A DNA stretch of 64,000 nt. Source: Myxococcota bacterium. Lineage in GTDB: Bacteria > Myxococcota_A > UBA796 > CAJQPC01. The notes under the pieces are model-generated. The model was not told the origin of the DNA and made no database searches. It was given only the letters and a program-made list of their open reading frames with translations. Numbering within the stretch: position 1 is the stretch's first letter; the number at the start of each line of letters is the position of its first letter. Where the stretch lies: positions 229,647-293,646 of the forward strand of contig JAZAMN010000031.1 in NCBI GenBank assembly GCA_036229005.1, read 5' to 3'. This document shows positions 36,627-45,134 of the stretch, piece after piece. A program made the position numbers and the translations under genes.

Positions 36627-38486
36627 ATGTGTGGCATCGCCGGCCTCGTGCTGCCCGGAGGGGTGCTCCAGGATCCCGGCGCGATCGACGCCATGTTGAC
36701 CTCGCTGGCGCACAGAGGCCCTGACGAGCGTGGTGAACGCCGCGGGGAGTCCGTGGTGTTGGGGGCCACGCGTCTGGCCATCGTCGATCCCACCTCCGGC
36801 CAGCAGCCCTTCTCGGTGGGTCCGGTCTGGGGGGTGATGAACGGGGAGGTCTACAACCATGGCCCACTGCGCAAGGAGCTCGTGGCGCTGGGCATCCCGC
36901 AGGAGACTCTGTGCGACGGCGAGGTCATGGTTGGCCTGGCCGCACACAGCACCCCCAGGCGCGCCCTGGACCGCCTGGACGGCATGTTCGCCCTGGCCCT
37001 GTGGGACGAGCGCGACCAGAGCCTGACCCTGGCCCGCGACCGGGTGGGCCAGAAGCCTCTGTACTGGACGCGGCTGCCCGACGGCACCCTGGCCTTCGCC
37101 AGCGAGCTCAAGGGCCTGCTGGTGCTCCCTCAGGTGCGCCGCGCGCTCGACCCGGTGGCGCTCCAGCAGCTCCTGCTCTTCGAGTTCATCCCGGCGCCGC
37201 GCACCATCTACCAGGGCATCCACAAGCTGGAGGCGGGCACCCTGCTGCGCCTGGACCGCGACGGGCTGCGCATCGAGCGCTGGTGGGAGCCGCCGCTGCC
37301 GGGGGCCAGGACCTCGCGCTTCGACCCCGGGCGGGAGCGACACCTGGGGGCCCTGCGGACGGCGGTGCGCCAGGCGGTGGGCCGACGCCTGCCCGAAGGC
37401 CCCGTGGCGCTGCTGACCTCGGGCGGGATCGACAGCTCGGTGGTGGCGGCCTGCGCGATGGAGCGTCGGGGAGAGGCCCACGCCTTCTCGATGGGCTTCT
37501 CGGAGGCCTCCTTCGACGAGTCGGGGCCCGCGGCCGAGCTCGCCCGCCACCTGGGCTTGCAGGCGCACCCCCTGCACTTTGGGCCCACCCAGCTTGAGCA
37601 GACCCTGGAGACCCTCTCCGTGGGCCTCTGCGAGCCGCTGACGGACGGGAGCCTGCCCAGCACCCTGCGGCTGTGTCAGGCCGTGCACCAGGCCGGCTTC
37701 AAGGTCGCGCTGGGAGGAGACGGTGCCGATGAGCACTTGGGCGGATACCCCACCTATCTGGCACACCGGGCCCTGCCGGCGGCCCCTGCCCGAGGCAGCG
37801 GCCTCCTCCGCCGCATCGGGGCTCGCGTCCTCCCCGAGGACAACCGCAGGAACCTGAGCGCGGGGGTCAAGCTGCGCCGCTTCGCGGAGGGCGCTGGGAT
37901 GCCCTGGCAGCGCCGCAATCAGGTGTGGCTGGGCGCCTTCACGCCCCAGGAGATCCCGGCCTTGCTGGGGGTGCCCCTGGACCCGGCCGTCTGGGAGCCC
38001 GTGGACCGGTGGGCGGCCCGTGTGCAGGAGACCTCGCCGGCGCTCAGAGCCATGTACCTGGACCAGCGGCTCTACCTGGCCGAGGGGGTGCTCCAGAAGG
38101 TGGACCGCGCCAGCATGCTCACCTCCCTGGAGGTCCGCGCCCCCTTCGTGGACCACCACCTGGTCGCCCTGGCCGCCTCTCTGCCCGAGCACCTCAAGGT
38201 GGGCCCGGTGCGCACCAAGGCGGGCCTGCGCGATGCCTTCGCCGACGCCCTGCCCGCGAGCCTGCTGCGCCGCCCCAAGAAGGGCTTCGGCACGCCGCTC
38301 GGCCCCTGGCTCCGAGGCCCTCAGTCCGCGCTGCTGCAGGATCTGGAGCGGCAGCTCGCGGGCTGGATCGACCCGGAGCCGGTGGCCGCGCTGCGGCGAG
38401 AACATCGATCCGGACAGCGAGATCACCGCCGCCGCCTCTGGACCCTGCTCCTGCTCGCGCGCTGGCGCAAGGGGCCCTGGGGATGA
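36627..38486 (+). CDS. asnB: Glutamine-hydrolysing asparagine synthase family amidotransferase
   Basis: MCGIAG, HRGPD, NGEVYN, RDRVGQKPLY, SGGIDSS, GDGADE and KVDRASM. Confidence 0.9.
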   Translation: MCGIAGLVLPGGVLQDPGAIDAMLTSLAHRGPDERGERRGESVVLGATRLAIVDPTSGQQPFSVGPVWGVMNGEVYNHGPLRKELVALGIPQETLCDGEVMVGLAAHSTPRRALDRLDGMFALALWDERDQSLTLARDRVGQKPLYWTRLPDGTLAFASELKGLLVLPQVRRALDPVALQQLLLFEFIPAPRTIYQGIHKLEAGTLLRLDRDGLRIERWWEPPLPGARTSRFDPGRERHLGALRTAVRQAVGRRLPEGPVALLTSGGIDSSVVAACAMERRGEAHAFSMGFSEASFDESGPAAELARHLGLQAHPLHFGPTQLEQTLETLSVGLCEPLTDGSLPSTLRLCQAVHQAGFKVALGGDGADEHLGGYPTYLAHRALPAAPARGSGLLRRIGARVLPEDNRRNLSAGVKLRRFAEGAGMPWQRRNQVWLGAFTPQEIPALLGVPLDPAVWEPVDRWAARVQETSPALRAMYLDQRLYLAEGVLQKVDRASMLTSLEVRAPFVDHHLVALAASLPEHLKVGPVRTKAGLRDAFADALPASLLRRPKKGFGTPLGPWLRGPQSALLQDLERQLAGWIDPEPVAALRREHRSGQRDHRRRLWTLLLLARWRKGPWG

Positions 38487-38528
38487 CCCCCTCTTGCGCG
38501 CAGACCTCCGCGAAGGCAGACTGCGCCC

Positions 38529-39254
38529 ATGTCTAGCGCAGTCGTGCGATTGTTGAGGGACGCCGGTCCCCTGGAGATCGGCAAGGTCAGCCGTCGGGTC
38601 GCCGTGATCGGGCGCGCCGCGGTCGCGGACATCCAGGTGGACGACCCCACGGTCTCCCGCCTGCACGCCGCGACCTGGACCCAGAATGGCGAGGTCTTCA
38701 TCAAGGACCTGGGCGGCGCGAACGGCACCTTCGTGGACGGCGACCGGGTGACCGGGACGGTGAGCCTGGGCACCGGCGGCCAGGTCCTGCTCGGCAAGCA
38801 CACCATCCTGGAGCTGAGCTGGCGCCGGGAGTCCCCCGGGGAGCCCTCCCTGGACACCGCCGACGCCACCATCCCAGCCGACGACAGCCCCGCGTTCCCC
38901 ATCATGGTCCGCGTCTCGCGACAGGGTGAGCGCAGCATCGTGACCTTCTCCCACCTGGACAACGGGCGGGAGGCGGCGTTTCGTGGCACACGCGCCGCGC
39001 TGCTGCTGAGCACACTGGCGGAGGCGCTCAAGCTGGACCGCAGGCGCGGACGCCCCGGCTCCGAGCAGGGCTGGAGGGCGGATGACGAGCTCAGCGCTCA
39101 GGTCTGGGACGGCAGCCCGCGCAGCCGAAACAACCTGAACGTGCTGCTCCATCGCCTGCGCAAGAACCTGCTGGACGCCGGGATCGACCCGGGCTGCGTC
39201 CAGAAAGAAGCCGGGCTCTGCCGGCTCTGGGTCGCTGAGATCAAGGGCGTCTGA
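38529..39254 (+). CDS. FHA-domain protein with a C-terminal winged-helix-like region
   Basis: IGR, VSRLHA and DLGGANGTFV; C-terminal VWDG..NLNVLLHRLRK. Confidence 0.8.
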   Translation: MSSAVVRLLRDAGPLEIGKVSRRVAVIGRAAVADIQVDDPTVSRLHAATWTQNGEVFIKDLGGANGTFVDGDRVTGTVSLGTGGQVLLGKHTILELSWRRESPGEPSLDTADATIPADDSPAFPIMVRVSRQGERSIVTFSHLDNGREAAFRGTRAALLLSTLAEALKLDRRRGRPGSEQGWRADDELSAQVWDGSPRSRNNLNVLLHRLRKNLLDAGIDPGCVQKEAGLCRLWVAEIKGV

Positions 39255-39260
39255 GCGCCC

Positions 39261-40223
39261 TCAGCGCTGGTTGGCGTACCAGGCCCGCGCGTCGGGGAAG
39301 GCCGCCAGCGTCGCCTGGCCAGCCAGGTCGATGAACACCAGGTAGTCGCTGGACTCCGTGCGCACCGTCGCGGCCACGAGCTGCCCCGCGGCGACCTTGT
39401 CCAGCGCCCGGATCACCTGGCTGGTGGACACGACCTCCGCGATGGCGCCCTGTTGCGCAAAGCGGGCGCGGTGGGCCTTCCACAGGGCCTTGAGCACCTG
39501 CCGATCCTCCAGCCGCAGCGCCTTGCCCACGCGCAGGCGGTCCACGCCCTTGAGGTTCCGCCGCAGGATCTCCGCGACCTGCTCTGGCAGCGCGGCCTCA
39601 GCGGCTTCGGCGGCCTCTCGGGCGCGGTCGAGCTTGGCCTGCTCCTCGGCGGCAGCGGCGGCGCGAGCGGCCTCCAGGGCAGAGGTGGGGCGCCGGGAGC
39701 GCTGCGCGAGGCCGTCCAACCGGGAGCCCTTGGCTCTCTCCTTGACGGGGGCGGGGGCTGGCTCGGGAGTCGGCGGCGCGGCCTTGGCCCGGGCACGCTC
39801 ACGCGCGGCCTCCAGGTCCGCCGCCTGGGCCTGCGCCTTCTCAAGCGCGGCCTTGCGGGCAGCCTCCACCGCCGCCGCCTGAGCGGCCTTCTCCGCTGCC
39901 GCCGCCTGGGCCTTGGCCTTCTCGACGGCGGCCTTGGCCAGCGCCTTGGCGAGCGCCTCCTTGTGCAGCGTGCGCTCGGCCTCGGCGGCCTCGTTGTCAT
40001 CGGGCGGAGAGGGCTTGATCCCGGGCTCGGGCACCTCGATCGCCTCCCGATCAGCGCCCTCCCCCTTGAGCATGTCCAGAGGCGCGTCGGCCCGGACGGA
40101 GATCAGCGGATCCGTGTGCTCCGCACCCGCCTTCTTCGAGGGCTTGCCCGGGTCCGTGAACTCCCCCAGGTCAGGGCCGTCAAAGAGGCTGGCCAGCGGG
40201 TCAAAGCCCTTGGTCTCCGACAT
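39261..40223 (-). CDS. Hypothetical Ala/Lys/Glu-rich protein
   Basis: 320-aa ORF with AGGAGAGAG RBS, central coiled coil and globular C-terminus. Confidence 0.7.
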   Translation of the reverse strand: MSETKGFDPLASLFDGPDLGEFTDPGKPSKKAGAEHTDPLISVRADAPLDMLKGEGADREAIEVPEPGIKPSPPDDNEAAEAERTLHKEALAKALAKAAVEKAKAQAAAAEKAAQAAAVEAARKAALEKAQAQAADLEAARERARAKAAPPTPEPAPAPVKERAKGSRLDGLAQRSRRPTSALEAARAAAAAEEQAKLDRAREAAEAAEAALPEQVAEILRRNLKGVDRLRVGKALRLEDRQVLKALWKAHRARFAQQGAIAEVVSTSQVIRALDKVAAGQLVAATVRTESSDYLVFIDLAGQATLAAFPDARAWYANQR

Positions 40224-40280
40224 GTCTCTCTCCTTGATCCCAACCTACCCCGCGAGGGGGGCTCCGGGGTAGAGGACCCC

Positions 40281-40925
40281 ATGAAGCTTGTCAGCCGCTT
40301 GGCCTCTCTTCGCGACTCCGGCGCAGTCCCCGTGCTGCTCTGTCGTCACGGCCGCACCCGCTACAACGCCGAGCGCCGCTTCGTGGGCCGGCTGGACGTC
40401 CCCCTGGACCCCCACGGAGAGGCTCAGGCCAAGGCGTGGGCAGCCCGGATGGCCGAGCTCCCGGTGCAGGGGGTCTACTCCTCGCCGATGCTGCGGGCGA
40501 AGCAGACAGCCCAGGCCCTGGACACGCCCGTCCCCATCACTGGACTCCAGGAGCTGGACCAAGGCGAGTTCGAGGGGCGGCCCGGCGCCGAGGTCATCGC
40601 GGCCTACCCCGAGTTCTTCGCGCAGTGGCGTCGGGATCCCACCGGCCTGCGGGTCCCGGGCGGAGAGAGCGTGGACGAGTGCCAGGCCCGCTCGGTGGCG
40701 GCGCTCACTTCACTCGCCAGGTCCACCCAGCCGGGCGCCCCGATCGTCGTGGTCGCCCACCAGATGGTGCTGGCCTCCGTGCTGCTGCACGTCCTCCAGC
40801 TCCCGCTGCGGTTGCTCCCCCGGGTCCACCAGGGGAACACCGCGGTGAACCTGCTGGCCTGGGACGGCCGCTGGGTGCTGCACGCTATGAACGACCGGAG
40901 TCACCTGCCTGCAGCTCTTCGATGA
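40281..40925 (+). CDS. Histidine phosphatase family protein
   Basis: RHGRT, SSPMLRA.QTA, ELDQG, PGGES and VVAH. Confidence 0.92.
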   Translation: MKLVSRLASLRDSGAVPVLLCRHGRTRYNAERRFVGRLDVPLDPHGEAQAKAWAARMAELPVQGVYSSPMLRAKQTAQALDTPVPITGLQELDQGEFEGRPGAEVIAAYPEFFAQWRRDPTGLRVPGGESVDECQARSVAALTSLARSTQPGAPIVVVAHQMVLASVLLHVLQLPLRLLPRVHQGNTAVNLLAWDGRWVLHAMNDRSHLPAALR

Positions 40926-41736
40926 GCTCCTGCAGGCGATCGCCGGTGACCAACACCGTGTCGTTGCACCAGTCACAGGTGACCTCGGCCTCTCCCTGCT
41001 CGTCCAGGATGGCCTGAAGCTCGGTCTGCCCCAGGCTGCGCAGCATGCGCTCGATGCGGACGCGGGTGTCCCCACACTCCAGCCCGACGGGGCGGGACTC
41101 CAGGACCTGGACCTCCGAGCCCAGGAGCTGGCCGAAGGCGAACGCGGTCATCACCTCGCGCAGATCGGCGTGCTGGAGGCTGTCCACCAAGCCGCCGAAT
41201 GCCTCCTTGTCCAGGCCGCTGCCGCCCACGGACTCCACGAGCAGGCCCGCGGCGAAGTCCACCCCGTCCTCGCCTTGGCCCACGAGCAGCTTCACCATTC
41301 CCAGGGTCTGCTGCGAGTCGGTGAGGAAGCGTTGGAGGCTGGACTCCCAGCTCTCCTCCAGGCTGGCGGCGCCCCTGTAGATCTCCTTGCGGCCCACCCA
41401 CTTGGCGGCCATCAGGGTGCCGCTCAGGCTGTCCCCCTCCGGCAGCCAGGTGGGGCGCAGGCGAGCGCGGAAGCCGCCGTCCGGGCGCACATCGGCCATG
41501 AAGGACAGGCGGGGAGCCTGACCCTGGACCTGCACCATCAGGCGCTCCTCGCCCTTGATGTGGGCGGAGAGCAGCAGGCTGGCGACCACCCCCTCGGCGC
41601 AGAGCTGGGCGCTGCGCCCCCGGAGCTCGTGACGCGCCACCACCTCTCGGCAGGCGGCGTCAGCGACCACCGCGATGACGCGGAGCCGGCCGTCGTGGAT
41701 CAAGGCGCGGATGAGGCGTCCTTCGCGAGCGTTCAC
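40885..41736 (-). CDS. hslO: Hsp33 redox-regulated chaperone
   Basis: SQQ, AAGLLVE, LRSLG..EL..I and EVTCDWC; overlaps the convergent phosphatase by 41 nt. Confidence 0.85.
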   Translation of the reverse strand: MNAREGRLIRALIHDGRLRVIAVVADAACREVVARHELRGRSAQLCAEGVVASLLLSAHIKGEERLMVQVQGQAPRLSFMADVRPDGGFRARLRPTWLPEGDSLSGTLMAAKWVGRKEIYRGAASLEESWESSLQRFLTDSQQTLGMVKLLVGQGEDGVDFAAGLLVESVGGSGLDKEAFGGLVDSLQHADLREVMTAFAFGQLLGSEVQVLESRPVGLECGDTRVRIERMLRSLGQTELQAILDEQGEAEVTCDWCNDTVLVTGDRLQELIEELQAGDSGRS

Positions 41737-42254
41737 GCTCCCTCCTGGACCTGTACGGTCACGCTGTGCTCTTCGTGTTGGGGCATGAAGCAGAGGCCCC
41801 CTTTGCAGCCCTGATAGTCGATCGCCAGGGTCACCGTGTGCGTCCCGACGCTCTTGGGGGCGGTCAGCGGCAGCTCCACCACGGCGTCCAGCTCCCAGAC
41901 CTCGCGCTCCCGACCAAAGGCCTCGTCAAAGCGCATCACGCCCGGGGGGTAGTCGGCCTCTCCCATGTCCATCTCGCCGTCGGCCAGGACCTGGATCCGC
42001 GTGGCGTCGCGGTACAGGTAGGTCCCCGCCGGCACACGCAGCACCAGACGGGCCGCGCCGGACTCCCCGGGAGCCATCTCCAAGGGCTCGACCACCACCG
42101 AGAAGGGGTTCTTCTGCTCGGGGACCACCGGGACCACCGGGGGGCTCGCGACCAGCGCCGGAGGGGGGCCCGGATTCGTCACTGGAGCGGGCTGAGGGGC
42201 CGTCGTGCTGCCCTCACCCGAGCCGCCGCAAGCCAGAAAAACCAAGAAAAGCAT
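41733..42254 (-). CDS. Lipoprotein with a DsbD N-terminal-like domain
   Basis: MLFLVFLAC; GTYLY, DEAFG and YQGCKGGLCFMP. Confidence 0.8.
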   Translation of the reverse strand: MLFLVFLACGGSGEGSTTAPQPAPVTNPGPPPALVASPPVVPVVPEQKNPFSVVVEPLEMAPGESGAARLVLRVPAGTYLYRDATRIQVLADGEMDMGEADYPPGVMRFDEAFGREREVWELDAVVELPLTAPKSVGTHTVTLAIDYQGCKGGLCFMPQHEEHSVTVQVQEGA

Positions 42255-42328
42255 GATCCAGAGCTATCTCGGCTGGGGGACCGAGGCCCCTCCGGAATAG
42301 CATCCCCACCCTCACTGGATGCAGCCCC

Positions 42329-43018
42329 TTGCGAACCGCCGTCCTGCTCCCCGCCCTGAACGAGGCCACCTCGCTGCCCCTGGTGCTCCAGGATCTGCGC
42401 CCCTACGAGCGCGCCCAATCGGTGCACCGCGTGCTGGTCGTCGACAACGGCAGCAGCGACGGGACCCCCGACATCGCCCGCCAGATGGGGGTCGAGGTCA
42501 TCACCGAGCCCCGGCGCGGCTACGGCTCCGCCTGCCTGGCTGGGCTGGAATACCTGCGCGACGATCCGCCACAGATCCTTGTGATCCTGGACGCCGACCA
42601 CTCCGACGACGTCACCGACCTCCCCAAGCTGCTGGAGCCGATCCTCAGCGGGCAGGCCGACATGGTCCTGGGTGAGCGTACCACCCTCGCAGATCCCGGG
42701 GCCCTCCTCCCCAACCAGCGCATGGGCAACGCCCTGGCCACCCGCCTGATCCACCTCCACACCGGCCACCGCTACCGGGACATGGGCCCCTTCCGCGCCC
42801 TGCGCTGGGAGGCCCTGGAGGCCCTGCAGATGGAGGACGCCGCCTTTGGCTGGAACGTCGAGATGCAGATGAAGGCCATCCAGCGCGGCCTGCGCGTCCA
42901 GGAGGTCCCCGTCCGCTACCGAAAGCGCGTGGGCCACTCCAAGATCTCCGGCACGGTCAAGGGCACCCTCAAGGCCGGCGCGCACATCCTGCGGGCGACC
43001 TGGCGCTACCGGGCATAA
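42329..43018 (+). CDS. Family 2 glycosyltransferase
   Basis: LPALNE, VDNGSSD, GYGSAC, DAD, DMGPFRA and SKISGT. Confidence 0.92.
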   Translation: MRTAVLLPALNEATSLPLVLQDLRPYERAQSVHRVLVVDNGSSDGTPDIARQMGVEVITEPRRGYGSACLAGLEYLRDDPPQILVILDADHSDDVTDLPKLLEPILSGQADMVLGERTTLADPGALLPNQRMGNALATRLIHLHTGHRYRDMGPFRALRWEALEALQMEDAAFGWNVEMQMKAIQRGLRVQEVPVRYRKRVGHSKISGTVKGTLKAGAHILRATWRYRA

Positions 43019-43027
43019 GGGGCCCCC

Positions 43028-43669
43028 ATGCGCTGCGTGGTCTTCACCAAGCCCCCCATCCCCGGCACCTGCAAGACCCGCCTGATCCCGGCCCTGGGCC
43101 CCGAGGGCGCGGCCGCTCTGCACCGCGCCATGGCTGAAGATGTCCTCGCCTGCGCGCAGAACGCTGGGTTGTCCGTGGAGCTGGCGGTGACGGGGTGTGC
43201 CGACCACCCCTGGTTCACCCAGCTCTCCCTCCCCCTCTCTGTCCAGGTCGAAGGAGATCTGGGCGCTCGGATGCTCGCCGCCCTCACCCCCGGGCCCGCG
43301 ATTGCCTTGGGCACCGATTCACCCACGCTCCCCGTCGAGGTCCTGCGTAGCGCAACCCAACTCCAGACAGACATCCTGCTCGGCCCCGCCAGCGACGGTG
43401 GGTACTGGTGCATCGGCTGGAAGACCCCCCAGCCCGCGCTGATGCGGGAGATGCCCTGGAGCACCGACCGGGTCTTCCCCGAGACGGTGTTGCGCGCCCG
43501 CCAGATGGGGCTAGGAATCCAGCAGCTCCCCACCTGGTACGACGTGGACACGCCCGCCGCCCTGGCGCACCTCCGCGAGCACCTGCGCACCCTCCCCCCC
43601 TCCGTCGCCCCCCGCACCCGCGAGTTCTTGAATGCCGCAGCAGACCGAAGGCCTCCCCGAGCCCCTTGA
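43028..43669 (+). CDS. DUF2064 / CofC-like transferase (TIGR04282 family)
   Basis: KPPIPGTCKTRL, GDLGARM, GTDSP, GPASDGGYW, PWST and DVD. Confidence 0.9.
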   Translation: MRCVVFTKPPIPGTCKTRLIPALGPEGAAALHRAMAEDVLACAQNAGLSVELAVTGCADHPWFTQLSLPLSVQVEGDLGARMLAALTPGPAIALGTDSPTLPVEVLRSATQLQTDILLGPASDGGYWCIGWKTPQPALMREMPWSTDRVFPETVLRARQMGLGIQQLPTWYDVDTPAALAHLREHLRTLPPSVAPRTREFLNAAADRRPPRAP

Positions 43670-45074
43670 GAACATCCACATCATGGGGATCTGCGGCACG
43701 GCCATGGGCTCGATCGCCGGGATGCTCCAGGACGCGGGCTACTCCGTGAAGGGCTCGGACACCGGCGTCTACCCGCCCATGAGCGACTACCTGGCGGGGC
43801 TGGGCATCGGGATCATGGAGGGCTTCAACGCCGAGAACCTGGACTACGGGCCCGACCTGGTGGTGGTCGGCAACGTGATCCGCGCGGTCTACGACGAGGC
43901 CCAGGCGCTGCTCCAGAGTGAGCTTCCCTACTGCTCTTTCCCGCACATCCTGGGCGAGCTCTTCCTCAAGGACGCCCACTCCATCGTGTGCGCGGGCACC
44001 CACGGCAAGACCACGACCACCGCCATCACGGCCTGGCTCGCGGACGCCGCGGGCAAGAACCCCGGCTACCTGGTGGGCGGCATCGTCCAGGGCTGGGACC
44101 GCACCGCGCGGGCGGGCGGCGGCGAGCTCTTCGTCATCGAGGGCGACGAGTACGACACGGCCTTCTTCGACAAGCAGCCCAAGTTCGTCCACTACCGCGC
44201 CAACACCGCCATCCTGACCAGCGTGGAGTTCGACCACGCCGACATCTACGACTCCCTGGAGACCATCCAGGGCCAGTTCAAGCGCCTGGTGCAGGGCCTC
44301 CCGGAAGACGGCTGTCTGGTCGCCCGCTGGGACCACGCCACCGTGCGCGCCTGCTGCGTGGACGCCCCCTGCGAGGTCCGCCGCTACGGCCCGGAGCAGG
44401 ACTGGGACGGCAAGATCGTCTCCGTCGACCACGACAAGGGCACCATGACCTTCACGGTGCTGCTGGAGGGGGAGCCCTACGGGACCTTCGAGAGCTGCCT
44501 GGTCGGCGAGCACAACCTCTACAACCAGGTGGCCGCCGTCGCCGCCCTGGACCACGCCGGCATGAAGCCCGCGGATCTGGCCGCCGGCTTCCAGAGCTTC
44601 CAGGGCATCAAGCGCCGCCAGCAGGTGCGCGGCAGCGTCGCCGGCATCACCGTGCTCGACGACTTCGCCCACCACCCCACCGCCGTGGCCGTCACCACCC
44701 AGGCCCTGCGCCTGCGCTTCGGGGGCCGCCGCCTGTGGATCGTGTTCGAGCCCCGCTCCAACACCTCCCGCCGCAAGGTCTTCCAGCAGGCCTACGCCGA
44801 GAGCTTCGAGGGCGCCGACCAGATCCTCCTCAAGGCCACCCCGGACACCCGCATCCCCGAGGCCGAGCGCATGGATCCCCAGCAGCTCGCCGCCGACCTG
44901 CGCGCCCGCGGCCACGAGGCCCTCTGCTTCGCCGAGACCGACGAGGTCGTCGCCACCCTGGCCGCCAACGCGATGGAGGGGGACGTCATCGCCTTCTTCT
45001 CCAACGGCGGCTTTGACGGCATCCACGACAAGACGCTGGATGCGCTGCGCAAGCGCTTTGGTGTAGACGCATAG
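43632..45074 (+). CDS. mpl: UDP-MurNAc:L-Ala-gamma-D-Glu-mDAP ligase (murein peptide ligase)
   Basis: HIMGICGTAMG, YPPMS, GTHGKTTT, EGDEYDTAFFDK, DDFAHHPTA, EPRSNT and SNGGF. Confidence 0.93.
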   Translation: MPQQTEGLPEPLENIHIMGICGTAMGSIAGMLQDAGYSVKGSDTGVYPPMSDYLAGLGIGIMEGFNAENLDYGPDLVVVGNVIRAVYDEAQALLQSELPYCSFPHILGELFLKDAHSIVCAGTHGKTTTTAITAWLADAAGKNPGYLVGGIVQGWDRTARAGGGELFVIEGDEYDTAFFDKQPKFVHYRANTAILTSVEFDHADIYDSLETIQGQFKRLVQGLPEDGCLVARWDHATVRACCVDAPCEVRRYGPEQDWDGKIVSVDHDKGTMTFTVLLEGEPYGTFESCLVGEHNLYNQVAAVAALDHAGMKPADLAAGFQSFQGIKRRQQVRGSVAGITVLDDFAHHPTAVAVTTQALRLRFGGRRLWIVFEPRSNTSRRKVFQQAYAESFEGADQILLKATPDTRIPEAERMDPQQLAADLRARGHEALCFAETDEVVATLAANAMEGDVIAFFSNGGFDGIHDKTLDALRKRFGVDA

Positions 45075-45134
45075 TCCCTGCCGACCGGCACCCTTCCCCC
45101 TCTCCCCCCGAATCCCAACCACGGAGTCCCTCCC

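Noticed and set aside
42329..43669. Arsenosugar biosynthesis cluster
   Set aside because: No arsM or radical SAM gene in the window; the transferase family is widespread outside that pathway.
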